The position numbers and the translations under genes are program-made. This document shows positions 1 through 12,370 of a stretch of 64,000 bases of DNA, in pieces. The stretch spans positions 10,937-74,936 of the forward strand of contig DF237411.1 in the NCBI GenBank assembly GCA_000708835.1, given 5' to 3'. The notes under the pieces are model-generated. The model did no database searches, was not told where the DNA came from, and was given only the letters and a program-made list of their open reading frames with translations. Source of the stretch: Klebsormidium nitens. Lineage: Eukaryota; Plantae; Klebsormidiophyceae. How positions within the stretch are numbered: the stretch's first letter is position 1; every line of letters starts with the position of its first letter.

Positions 1-37
1 AAAGCCTTTGCTCAGCCTGGGACAAATAGGAACTCAC

Positions 38-3000
38 CGAACGCATATTGGCCCAGCTCGTGGTAGCGGTTGAAGCGGCGCCCGGGCACGAACTCGTGCA
101 AGTAGACGAGCTGCCACAGCGTGTAGAGCGTCACTATAAAGGACAGCGTTAGCACGATGGTGCCGCCGGGCCTGAAGAGGGTTAAGGAAAGGGTTTTAAA
201 AAAGAGGTTAAGGGAAGGGTTAGCAGGAAAACACACTGAGACGTGTCTTTAAGAAAGCGTGCAGAGGGTTTCCATCAAGGATAGAGTCAGCACCATGGTT
301 CTGGCGGGTCGAATTAGGGTTAAGGAATAGAATAGAAAAAATAAAAAAAGAATAGAACAAGTTGCTAAGACGAGTTTATTACTGCTTTCGACAGAATGTT
401 GGCACTTGATACTGATCGAGCTCATGACATTTACCCTAAAAATGTAGCTTGAAGTGACCCTTGAGAGCTTTCCCTGTCCGTTCCGTTTTACAACACTGTG
501 TGATCCAGCTTCTTACACCAGGTCTGAATGAGTAGGCGCACTGAAATGAGTCAGATTGCACCTGATCTCTTCACCGCTGACCGACAGAAAACAGTTTATC
601 TTACAAACCTGAAAACTCAAGAAAGACACCGGTGATTGACTGCAAGATATAACACAACTGAAAGCTTACCACTCAAGGTACTTGAAAGCGTAGGGCAGCC
701 CCAGAACTCCTGCCCCGACCATGGCAGTGACATTGTGGAATGCGGAGTAGTACCACTTGGCGGTGCGGTTGCTGGTGATTGGCAGACGGTCGTCCAGCTC
801 CTCGTGCAGAATCGAGTCCAGATTCTTGTCGTGCACCTGAAAAGTAGGGTTGGGGACTGGGTTAGCGATTGATCTAGCTTGACGAGAAGTGGGTCACAAC
901 TTCTATTGGAGCGGGATAGTACATAGGCAGACGGTCGTCCAGCTCCTTGTGCAGAATGACGTCCAGGATTCTTGTTGTGCACCTGAACTTGGGTCATGGA
1001 TCGGGTTGATATTTGATTCTCTTGCACGGAAGTGGGTTATAGCTTCTCCAAAGCAGAAATGGATATTGCCAGTAGGCAGCTGGACGTCCAGCTCCTCGTT
1101 CAGAATGGCGTCCAGGTTCTTGTCATGCACCTGAAGACAGGGTTTAGAATGGGGTTAGGACAGGCGTTGAGTTCGCGAGAAGAGGGTCCACAGCTTCCTT
1201 GGAGCAAGAGTCGAAAGTAGGCAGCGAGTGACCAGCTCCTCAAACAGAAGGTGTCAAGGTTTCAGTCGTGCGCCTGAAACCGGGTTTGCGAGCTGGGTCA
1301 CGAGTCCTTTCAGTCGCTTAAGGAGTTGGACCTTTGATTCAGATTTCGTCCCAGGTACAGGGGAGTTTGAGATCTTAAATCCAGGAGGTTTTGGTTTTCA
1401 ATACAGTGCCATAGCTTTTCCAAGATTGATACGCGTATGCTATCCTGGAAGGAACCCAGATGTGAAGACACTTTACCAGATTATCAAGAAACAATAATGT
1501 ACAAAAGCCGGGTCATTTCGGGAGAGTTTCCAGATTCAAATACCAAGGGTTCAGTCCAGATTCCAGTCAGGCTTGCATAACTTTACCGACTCTTTTGGCA
1601 AACTGCGAGGTTTGAGCAGGGCAGCTTGCAACGGCTCAGAATACAGTCCTTCCCACTTGGCAAGGGGTGATATCAATCAAATCAAGTGCGTGGAAACACC
1701 GCCTAAACCAGGTATAAACACCCTCTACAGACCATCTGCAATCAGGTTCCTCTCAGGCAAGAACTGGCAGCCAGGAGAGAAAGTTGAATCCACTGTCAGG
1801 AGATTGTAAGCTCAAGAGTGAAGCATGAAGACTAAGATTGAAAGAAAAAGGCCGAGTATTAAAGACTAGGCCAGGAGTCAGGTCTTTCTATCACTTTGTG
1901 AGGAACTTCAGAGGTGTTTTTATTTAGCAAGAAGGGGCATTGACAACAGTTACTGTCTTCACACTTAGATGCAAGACAGCATATTAATCAATCCAACACA
2001 GTCTATCAGTGTCCCAGTCTTCATCAAGGTGGGCAAAGGGAGTATGCACCGAGAACAAGCAGCCTTCTTCTAACCAAAGACCCTGCCAAAAAAAGAACAT
2101 GGGAGTACAGGACAGGAGTTACACGGAATGTTATTCCATATCAGCTCCCAATGAACTGTTCTCCAGAATAACACAGGAAAAATATGGGGTTCTGTGAAAT
2201 TGCACAAAAGTTACATTCTCGGACTTGCTTCTTATGTTCCTGGATAAAGGAAGGAGTGAGCTAAGGCCTGATCTGTAGGGGAAGAATAATGAGTGAAGAA
2301 CCAAATGTGCCAATGACCTTGCAGAGTCTGAATTCCTCTCTGGTAAACATCAGTGATATCCCTCTCTGCTGAACATCTGTGATCATGAAGATGGTTCAGT
2401 TGGTGAAGTGAACAGATTGGCACCCAACTGTTCTGCGTTCAAAGTCTGTCTTGCAACGGACAATATATACAAGCACTGTATGCTGGGCGCAGAAAGAAGA
2501 GTTACTAGCAGGGGCAGTATGTCTGAGATGCAGGGCCCCTAAAGGGCACCCTGCAGGTTTGAGGGGCTTGAGAGAAGGGGTGAATGTAGTAGGAACTACG
2601 TGAGAACCAAAAAAGAAAGATTCTCGTTCTTACATCTGGCATGCAGGCTGAGATTGTTTGAAACAGACTGGACATTCTGCCCCTCCAGTATTGTGTGCAC
2701 GCAAAGTGTCCATCTGAGTTGCTGAAAACAAATACTCTACATCCATGCACTCCAGAGACTCGCTTCCCACAGAGGCTCACAGTGTTTGGAAGGGTACATT
2801 TTGAAGAAAGTTTGTTTCTGTCACTTCTTAGTAATATTACCGGTGACCCAACCAACAAAGTTTCCGCATACTCAGCAAATCCCCCCACAGCAATACAAGG
2901 AGAACAGCGCTGAAGGAATCGTTGAACATGAGGGATTCAACCAGGGCAATGAGCACACGTTCAAAGTGATCAACCAAAACTTGGATGTCCAAGAGGGGGC

Positions 3001-3149
3001 AGCTCCAGTCTGATTAACCAAAACGTGAGGCAATCAGCGCAGCTCACCCGTGCAGAGGCGCGCCCCTTTCCGGCGCCCATCTCGCTCATCTCAGCCTCCT
3101 TGGCCGCCCCCGCTGGCGCAAAGTCGGACTCCTTTGCGGGCTCCATCAT
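38..3149 (-). CDS. LHT: Lysine/histidine-type amino acid transporter (LHT, AAAP family). 5' three exons only; the gene continues off the left edge.
   Basis: Exons 3149-3048 (MMEPAKES...ASAR, phase 0), 836-670 ([55 protein letters not shown]) and 171-38 ([46 protein letters not shown]) join in frame across GT-AG introns. [21 protein letters not shown] and [11 protein letters not shown] are recalled LHT family motifs. Confidence 0.92.
780..1310 (-). repeat. Degenerate tandem repeat (~146 bp, 4 copies) of the LHT intron-1 acceptor plus the start of exon 2
   Basis: Minus-strand CAG acceptors at 837-839 (real), 983-985, 1131-1133 and 1274-1276. Each is followed by a recognisable copy of GTGCACGACAAGAATCTGGAC...GAGGAGCTGG. 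Spacings are 146, 148 and 143. Confidence 0.9.
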
Positions 3150-4295
3150 GACGTCCTTTGGCAGCGAGCGGGTGATTGAAGGCTGGGATATGCTGCTTAG
3201 TTTGGTGGTTCCACCAACAGTCGCCAACGCCAATGGCAGCAGAGAAGCGTACTTCCTGGATCAAGGAGCGCTGCACGAGAGAGTGCTTCCGCAAATGTGG
3301 AGCCTTCAAGCTTCACAATGAATTTGAAGCGTCTGCAACCATTGGCATACGCTAGGCCTACCTGATAGGTAGCTCGTAATGTGGGGTAGGTAGTACTAGT
3401 ACGTTGGAGCCGGCCAGGCTTCTTTCTCGCGTGCTCCAGCCTCGTATCTCGCCCATTGAATGCGACCTAGCGGACTCGTGCGGCGAAACGGGCAGAGGCA
3501 TAATGATCGCACACAGCTCAGCAAATGCAGCTGAGCGCCCCTGGATGCAACAGCGGCCAATAACGAGTCGCCAGATGGCAACCAGTCATCTGTTTGACTG
3601 GACTCGTGAGACGGATGACCTGACATTTGAGCAATCTTGGTATCTCGTCGGAGAAGCGTTCTGTACCTTCCTGCTGCAGAGCTTTCGACGAGGAATGAAT
3701 AATAGACTCTTCGTCGAAAGCTTGGTCGATTGATCCTGACGTCATTTTCACCGTTGCACGCGGCCCCATATATTTGGGTGGATGACAAGTCACCAAAGCA
3801 ACACGTGGCAGCTTGCCATACATGCGAGCCTGCGGGATCATCTTCTGACGCACACCTGAGGCTGTGGTCTTGTACCCGGTACAATATTGCGTATTAGAAT
3901 TTAGGATGGATTAGCTCCCGCCCGGGGCAGTCCCCCTGGCTCGTGAGTCCCTTATAATCTCTGGTGCTCAAGTGCCTGGTAAGGTCTGGAGCGGGCTCCC
4001 TGGGAGTCCATGAACTTGGGTACATACTACAGAGTATAAGGCAACAGGAGGCGAGAACGGTCGGGAACGGTCAAGTTCTGTGCTGAGTCGGAGGCTTGAA
4101 AGTGTGCTGACCAAGCCTCTGTAACCTTGTTTCAGAACTTGAAGTCTTCTGCAGGGGCGCCGAATGTCGTTTCTACTGAGAATCAGAATACTTTGGTGAA
4201 GGAGGCGTGTCATAGGACGCACAGAAAGGGTTGACGACAAGACGTTGGAGCTTTGACAGTAGACCTTTAGTCCCCAAGTTCATGCTTTTGCGACA

Positions 4296-7200
4296 ATGGC
4301 TGCTGATGCGCACGTCGCTCCGGCTCGCTTCACCACACGGGCAATGCCTGAGCTATTTCAGGGGCAAGACAGCCGGCCTCTGACGTTCTCATGGCTTTCT
4401 GCCGAGAACTTCGTCAAGGAGACGCTTCAAGCTGGTGCGCTTGCTCACCTAAGCACGCCCCCTTTGCACCGTTCCGGAGGTTTAAGGAGCGCGAGGTTTG
4501 AGGTGGACAAAGTTTCGGGAAGGAGGGGGTTGAGGTTCCTGCTTGGAAGCCCTCCAATGGGGTCTGGAAACTTAGCATTCCAGGTCTGTGCAACTTCCTA
4601 CCACCCGGCTAAGCCCCTCTCTGTTTCCTCGCGTACGTTTAAACTGAAAACCTATAAATGTTGGTCCCTTTTCATTGTGAAACATTTACATCAAATCTAA
4701 CGTTTGTTGTACGGTCTGTGCTTTAGATCTGGTCCCCTGAAGGTTTGCACAAATGGTGCAAGTGTTGCCAGCATCTTGTCTCTTGCGCACATGAGGAGCT
4801 TATGCTCAAGGAAGCAAGGCGGCTAGCCGACATTCAACATCCTGTGTGATGTAGTGCCACTATCTTGTCTGTTGAATAATGTAAAATACACAATGCCATT
4901 CTGCTTTGGGTTAGACTGCAAACCATAGGTGCTGACGACTGTGGAGCCTTGGTAGAATGCATATGTTCTGTTGCATTGCAGCACCATTTTAAGCGCTGGT
5001 CTGGTCAGTTGCATTTTTGCGAGTCTCACGCTTCTCCTCCTCTCTCCCTGCAGACTGAAGTTTGTACAGCAGAACCACTGGCCACAGAACCTGGCACTGA
5101 GTGTCCCTTCAAACCAGTTCCTGACAACAGTCCTGTGCGCCGCTCTTTAGCTAACCGCGCGGCAAAGCAAACACCAGAGAAACGGTGGAGCAGGCACTCA
5201 GAGCGGCACTTTGTGAACAAAAATGGCCACCGGATATACACGCAGCAGTGGACACCGGACGGGACACCAATGAAGTGAGTGCCACAGCTTAATGGAAAGA
5301 CAGGCGCTAGCTTCCTTGCTGTCTGGTTAAGAAGTGGGGATCAACTGCCGTTGTGTATTTCTTGTTTAAAGGACAGTCTTTGTTTCTGGCATAGCGCCGT
5401 TTGCTCGTTCATTATCTTACGCAGGTCCAGTATCTGTATAGCACTGCTGCACCAGCTGAGTTCTGCAGCAGTTAAACCTCTGCTTGGATGATGGCTTGTC
5501 TTCTCCTGGATTTTGTAAGGTCTGAGCTTTTGTCTGGTAGGCTCTGAGAAGCTTCACAAAGCTAGAAGATTCTTTGAGATGGACCTGTGAACCTCAAGCC
5601 ATGGTGGACTCTCCATTTTTTGGGAAACTGGTGAGCCAAGTTGAGACAAATTCTGAGCTGCGTTGGTACTGCTGGCTACAGGGCCGCTGTCGTTGTCTTC
5701 CATGGTCTGAACGAGCACAGTGGCAGATACAAGCACCTAGCACGACAGCTGACGAAGCAAGGTTACGGGGTCTTTGGCATGGATTGGTATGGTGAGACTC
5801 TGTTCCAAACTTTTTGGACCAGCATTTAAGTGCATTCAGGCAACTTAGCGGTGCTTTTTCTGCACAGAATTCACATTGACGCCGAGTCTGTGCATCCCGC
5901 CAGGCTGAAATGCGATTGAGCTTAGAGACATACGAACTGTGCTTTTCTTCCCCCAACTTTATTTGCAGACTTTGCCGGCATGGATAGTAAAGGCCACGGT
6001 TTGAAAATCAGGCCAAACCTTTTTCAAACTACCAGGCTCGCTAGACAAGGCAAGCCAAAACCAGTGGCAATAGAGTTTCTCGGATCGGTTCTCGGATCGG
6101 AATATTCTAAAAAGACCTTTCCTTGAGAAGAAACAGACAGGGGCTGATAGAACTTCTGGACTAAAAATGCTTGTTCCCCTGCCTGCTTGTGCAAGCGGTG
6201 GAGCGAAGCTCGAAAAAGGCAAATGATTCTTGTTGCATCCTCGCTCATACTCTCCCCACGCTTGTAGGTCATGGACGAAGCGACGGGCTACATGGTTTCG
6301 TTGACCGCCTCGATAACACAGTCCAGGACGCCGTAAGTTGTCTCCCCATGACTTTACTCTTTCGGTCCACTTCCTGTCATATGCTTCGGTTCCAATTCGT
6401 TTTTGAGTGCTCATGCTAAAACTTTGTTACCCCGAAACTCCGTGTCGGGTCTGTCCTTCATCGTGATATGTGGTTTTCTTTGGCTTTTCATGTCGTTTAA
6501 CGATTGGACTTGACGGGAATTCATGGTTGAGACCTACCGACTCTGCGAAGCTCCAGTGACGTTCTTCGGATCTAATCATGGCTGTTTCCTGGAATGCGAA
6601 GCAAGGGAGCAACTGCGGCAATTCTATACTGGAGTCGAGGACTTCCTCTCACAACATGACAGATTGAGAGTTTATCCGGGCACATAAACGACAAATTGGA
6701 CAGGGAGACGACAGTTAGGAATCTTGAGAGATGCAAGATTCTGATATCCCTCGGGCTTGCAGGGAGCCTATCTGAAGATGGTGAAGCGGCTGAATCCAGG
6801 GGTGCCGTGCTTCGTGTACGGGCACTCCACTGGTGCAGCTATTGCGCTCAAGGTAACGGTTCATCTCTCCAACTCGTTTCTAGTTTCCAACTTTGAGCTG
6901 TTCGCCTCGACTTGGGTCTGGATGCGCTGCGCCTGACTTTGACGAAAGCATTCTGAAGTCAACCGAGTTTTTGGAAGAGTGCGAACTGAAGTGCCCTTAC
7001 TCTCTGGCGTTTGGACATGATACCGGACTGAAAACCGAAGTGCCCTTTTCTTAAAATTTGAAGTAGCTTTACGTCCTTGGCACCTACCCAGGGAGACTTT
7101 CCGCGGTTCAATAATAGTTTATCAGTAGTCGTATCGAAAGAAACAACATCGTGCATTTGCAATCAAAAAGACTGCGCAAGAAAAGAGGCTGCACTTTCAG

Positions 7201-8760
7201 GCCACCTGCTTCGTCGATATCAAGCGAACCAGTGCCGACTCCTCGATACTGCATTCCTGCAGGCTACGCAAACTTCCCCCCGGAGCGAGCTCGCCGGTCT
7301 CGTTCTCACCGCCCCCGCTATCGCAATCCAGCCACCTCATCCAGTCCTTGCTGTAAGTACTGCCACTGATCTTCGAATCCAGGAGGCGGTCGCAAACGGG
7401 GTCGAGGATTTGTTTCGTACGAACGTGCATTGCAACGCTAAGGAGCATGCAGATCACCAACTTCAGGATTCTGGCACCCGGCGGATCAAGTAGGATTTAT
7501 CACGCAGGGGGCAATTGCCAACGGGTCCCCTTTGCGGAGCACTTTGTTGGGACCGTTCATATTGAGCTTCCGAGGTTGGGTTTCGAGCCAACCGGGATTT
7601 CAGTTCAGATGTTGTTAATCCATTTGCCTCCAAGCTGCGAGAGTTTCACAAGGAAGCCAGAACCGGAAGGAGCATAAGTAGCGGCGAAGAAACAAGGGAC
7701 ACGCTCTTTTCCACTGTCCCTCTTCCTGATCGCAATCACGGAAACCACTTTCTTTCCTTTTTCTTTCTCGTCTGCCTTCTTGCCCGTCTGTCCAATGGCA
7801 TTATTCAGTCGTTTCTCTGTCACAGCACAATTGTTCGCCACTTCTCCAATCCCTTCTCTCGCGAAAGGAAGTAGCCTCCTCACAGTCTGTCTCTTGCCCG
7901 CAGACTCTGCTGCCGTTCTTCTCCGAGGTCGTCCCCACGCTCCAGGTTGAGGCCGCCAACCGGTCGGACATCAAAAACTCCCGGGATCCAGCCTCTCTTC
8001 TCGACAAGTACAGCGATCCCCTGGTTTACACAGGCAGTATACGCGTGCGCACCGGCAGTGAAGTCCTCAGGTATGGGACGTCCTGGCTGGTCGGTTGTCG
8101 CTAGGAAAGAGTTTCGGTCTTGATTTGTTGTTTCAATCGGTTCGAATTTCTCAATGTGTCTTTCCTTGTTGTGTTGCGAGAGTTGTCTGTGGTTCCTGAA
8201 TCAACTCAAGCCGATAGGAGTGTAAAGCGTTGAGAGATCGATAAGTCGGACGCTCAGGCTTGCCCTTTTCCCATGTTTACGTGGTGCTGATGACGAGCAG
8301 ATTAAGGACTAGCCTACTCAAGCATCGGGACTTCGTCGCACGTTTGGGCAGTTTGGTTGACATGCTCCTTTTCAGATACTTTGCTCAGCTTTTTTCCTCC
8401 CTCACACCATTTTCGTTCCGCAGGATTGCTTCGGACGTCCGGCAGAACCTGCACCGCGTCCGGCACCCCTTCTTCGTATGCCACGGGACGGGCGACCGGG
8501 TGACGCTCCCCGAGGGTTCCCACGAGCTGTTCCGGCGGGCCCCGGTCGCCCAGAAGAAGCTCAAGCTGTACCCCGGGTGCTTGCACGACCTGCTGCTGGA
8601 GCCCGAGAAAGACGAGCTCGTGCGAGACGTTGTAAGCTGGATGGACGGGCGGTTAAATGAGGGGGAAAATGGCGAGGAGGAGTTGAGTGTGAGTGGAAGA
8701 CGAGAGGAGAAGAGTGTGAGGGGTGGAAGCGTTGGGCTGGAAATGGTGGAGCGCTGCTGA
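4296..8760 (+). CDS. Alpha/beta hydrolase of the monoacylglycerol lipase / caffeoyl-shikimate esterase family (Hydrolase_4), about 8 exons
   Basis: Exons start near 4296, 5054, 5682, 6269, 6758, 7262, ~7905 and 8422. They encode VVVFHGLNEHSGRY, GMDWYG/HGRSDG, the nucleophile elbow FVYGHSTG, LVLTAPAI, YSDPLVYTG, CHGTGDRVT and LHDLLLEPE, giving a Ser-Asp-His triad. Stop at 8760. Confidence 0.9.
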
Positions 8761-10668
8761 TTGGGTTGCCGCGGAGTCGATTGTGAGGGGATACGCAAGC
8801 AAGCACTTGTTACCTAGGAGGTGGATGTCCAATTTTGTCCGCTCTGGAAAGGTACAAGGTATGCTGCTTGCTCCAGAGCGGGCTGAATTGATTTTTGACG
8901 CACAGTGGCTACCAGAAGCCATATAGTCCTTGGGGTGAGGAAAGCCCAGGATCTGCTGCTAGGCTCGTAGGCTTGTAGCTAGGAGCCCACAAGGCAATTG
9001 AGGTCCCCGAACAAATATAGCAGCGTAATTGGCGAGGGGTTTACATTAGATTGTAACAATGATAAGACCGAGTAGGAGGTTGACGAGAATTGGAATCGAG
9101 CCGCCTGTGCTACATAAAGGGCGCGGCTGGTGTGTAACAGTACGGTACTTGCCCTCTGATAAGTGTCAGGAGATTGCGATGAATTAGCGACTGTCATGTG
9201 TAAGGACAACAGAGCAATTTTAACCAGTCTGTCCATGTAATGTAGCCTCGAACATGCGATTTTTGCAGTCTAGCTGACCGCGTGGCTGTCTAGAGTATAC
9301 TTCAAAACGTTCCAATTAATCAGCCGCTGAGCAGAAAAACCCGGCAGTGACAGTACTAGACTGTGTTTTATGTGTGTGACATCGAGACTATATATGCATC
9401 AAAATCTGGTTTATGATAGTACGTGGATATCCTGGGGTTTAAAGTCAAGTGTGTACCTGAATCCTAGCTCACCTTATACGCGGTATCATGCATGCAGATC
9501 TGCATGCAATGTGTCATGCATGTTAACCGGTCTATAGCTGCATCAACGCATAGCTCGATATGCCAATATCAATTCACGTGTATACTCGATGCCAAAATTC
9601 ATGCACGTACTGTACACGATCTGGCACTGTGCGTAATAGCCAGCCGCCGCGCTAAATTGAATTCCATGCAGTGTATGCTGTGCAGTGTACATTGTCACTA
9701 TGAATAAGTAGTTGCCAATTATATAATATTGAATAACAAGCATGCCATGGTTCTAAACCCAAAGATCTTGCTCAAGATAGATTCTGCATCATGCAAGGCG
9801 AATTGAGACCCCATGTGTTAATTAAGTGCATAGAGCTGCGCTCCCCGGCCATGTGGATTGGCGTGGGCGGCTGCTTCAAAGCCGGCCACTGCCATGTATG
9901 ATCTTTATATTGGATCGCCATGCACGTCAAGGCTGATTGATGCCTGCGCATATCGAAAGCAGCCCCCAAACCATTACTGCAAAAGGATTGATTCAATTCA
10001 GTCTCAATGACAATCCTTAATAAGTTGACAATCATTCGTGCTGTGCAAACCTGTCTGGCGGCGACACCCAGCAGTTGTCGACTAGAGGAAATGGGATCTG
10101 TATCTCGTATGCCTAAGGAGTGGTGCGGACATGCTATGATCCAGACATATACAGAAAGTGCACATCATGGAACTGTGACCTATGTGACCCATGTCATGTG
10201 AGGCCCTAAGCGTCGCAGCCTACATGACCCTTGTACGTGGGCGGCCCCAACAACTTGTACTTTTCAAAAATCGTGCAATTGTCTGAGGCTGGCACATCAG
10301 ATGCAACTGGTTGCAAAATGGAGCAGAACACCCGGCTGTCAAGATCGCTAGACCCAGGCTTGCAATCATCAAAAGCGGAAGGCATGTATGCAAAGACATT
10401 TTACAAGCTTTGAAACAATATTGAATCTGATTCCGGCGAGCATTGCTGATTGTCCTGTGTAACTATGTGACCACCTTGACCTGCCTTTCAATACCTGCGA
10501 CTTGTGAACGTTGTTAGGTGAATAAATCTTGTGATCCTAAGCGGAACCATGTTCTTGTGTATGATATCATGGTCAGTAAAACGAAGAGCTAATACTCTGC
10601 TTCTCAAACACGTTGTCCATGTCCTGGTTGGGCTGGTAAGTAACAATACAACATACTCCCTGCCAATG

Positions 10669-11544
10669 TTAAGATAAACTCGAAAACTGAATCGTGAAGC
10701 TATACTCCCGAGACATCGCTTCACTCAACTTCTCCTTTCGTGCGTCCACTCCTTTCGCAAAGAAGTATTTCACCCGCAGCAACACGTCATTGATCTTGAC
10801 TTTGCTGTCACGTCCTTTCTTCACTGGCTTCCCTGCTCGGCTGTCGGACCAATCCATATCAAGATAGAAGTTGTGTTGTACAAAGTTGAACTTGGGCGGA
10901 TCCAACAGCTGATGCGAGACATCATTGATCGCTATCCTCTTCATCACCACCACAAACTCCGGCTTTGCTTTGTGCATCAACCTCAACTTGCAGAAAAGCT
11001 CCTCCCCATCCGTGCGTTCAACCAACGCTTGAAGTGCGTTGCACAGACGGGCCTCAGCCTCAGGCTTGCACACACCCGTACAGTCGCCCCGGTAGCGCTT
11101 CCCTCCACTTGAATCAGCGACCATTCTGTCAAGGCGCACTGTTTTTCCGTCAGCAGACTGGAAGAGGATGCCTTCATCCCCCAGGCTCACATCAACCAGC
11201 ACAACGTAGTCATCAAGCTCAGGGTTTTGAGCGCCCAATCCCAGGGGGTTGAACTCTGCAACTCTGCGCCCTTCTTCTTTCCCCCTCTCTTCGACAAGCT
11301 CGTCCGCGCGTTGCAAGCGGAAAAACAGGTGCTTGTAAGACTTGTACTGCGCGGAAAAGATCTTCTTTGCTGGGGACACCAGGATCGAAGGGCAGGCACG
11401 CTCGCACCACCCCTGCCAAAGTTGTCCGTGCCTAGTTACAACCCACCGCTGCAGTGTCTTGGAAACGCACTCCAAGCTGCACATATCTCGCAGCGGCAAA
11501 AGATCCAGGATCTTGTTGAACACTGGCTCGTGGAGAGTCTCCAT
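10669..11544 (-). CDS. F-box protein, apparently a single coding exon
   Basis: 312-codon ORF with an N-terminal F-box-like segment (EPVFNKILDLLPLRDMCSLECVSKTLQRWV...LWQGWC). The first ATG is at 11544; the track start at 11607 is GTG. The C-terminal region is not recognised. Confidence 0.75.
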   Translation of the reverse strand: METLHEPVFNKILDLLPLRDMCSLECVSKTLQRWVVTRHGQLWQGWCERACPSILVSPAKKIFSAQYKSYKHLFFRLQRADELVEERGKEEGRRVAEFNPLGLGAQNPELDDYVVLVDVSLGDEGILFQSADGKTVRLDRMVADSSGGKRYRGDCTGVCKPEAEARLCNALQALVERTDGEELFCKLRLMHKAKPEFVVVMKRIAINDVSHQLLDPPKFNFVQHNFYLDMDWSDSRAGKPVKKGRDSKVKINDVLLRVKYFFAKGVDARKEKLSEAMSREYSFTIQFSSLS

Positions 11545-11999
11545 CCTGAGAGCGTTTGCTTGCGCTGCGCCGATTGGCACTAAAGCAGCGCTCCTCTCAC
11601 AATCCACTTATGGCAAATGCTGCCAAAACCCTGCCAAAATTAGGTAACCTCGCATATCCTCGTCTCCCCAGCGATTTGGATCCTGGAATGCGAGAGCCTC
11701 AGGTCCAGCCTGAGGAGATGATCAACGTACGAGTTGAACCAGGATCTGCAGTTTTGCCGCCATTTCTCGCGGCTGCTAGAGCTTGACTCCTCGTTGGCCC
11801 ATTGGCACGCAATCTTAAATGTTTCCGGGGGCTGGTTCGAGCGGTCTTGGTTACCCCCCGCCTAGTTCAGTTGCACACGAGGATGGATGCAGGTCCGACA
11901 TCGGGAATCGACTTGCGATACCAGAATATCTGGCCATGTTCTTCACAACCTTTACCGGCGTCGAAGGGGCCCCCATAGTTTGGGCTAGACCATAAGCCC

Positions 12000-12370
12000 A
12001 TCGTGGCGCAACCTAATTGATTGCGCCAATTGGGGTTGCGCCGGATTTTGCCAATATTTCGCCCAGAGCCCCTATTTCGCCAACTCGGCGCAATTCTCAA
12101 AAAAATCCGCTTATATGCGCATAAGTTAACACTTTCAAGACAAAAGTTGGTCAAAATCAGACCGAGAGCAGTCGACATCGCGGTTTTGAATCAAAGAATT
12201 GACTTCGTAGATTTTGCATATTGCTTTGCAAAGATTTGTATAAGGAGAAAGAAGCTTTTACCATAAGCGGCAAGCTGAAGGCCCTTGTATTTCGCCAATT
12301 TCGCCGGAATGCGCCAATCGGTGCATTTTAAATCAGGGTTAGTGCATAGCGGGTTTGCATTTCGCCACGA
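12000..12370. mobile_element. Possible DNA-transposon or MITE remnant
   Basis: Imperfect hairpin ggcgcaacctaattg...caattggggttgcgcc at about 12005-12041, clustered (T)TTCGCCAA / TGCGCCAA motifs near both ends and an A/T-rich non-coding core. No TIR pair or target-site duplication found. Confidence 0.3.

Noticed and set aside
617-1220. ORFs 617-1027, 889-1134, 903-1130 and 1032-1220 as genes
   Set aside because: They are shifted-frame or antisense read-throughs of the LHT exon-2 repeat array.
3396-4240. ORFs of 90-162 aa between LHT and the lipase
   Set aside because: They overlap on both strands with non-ATG starts and no motifs, in a divergent promoter/UTR region.
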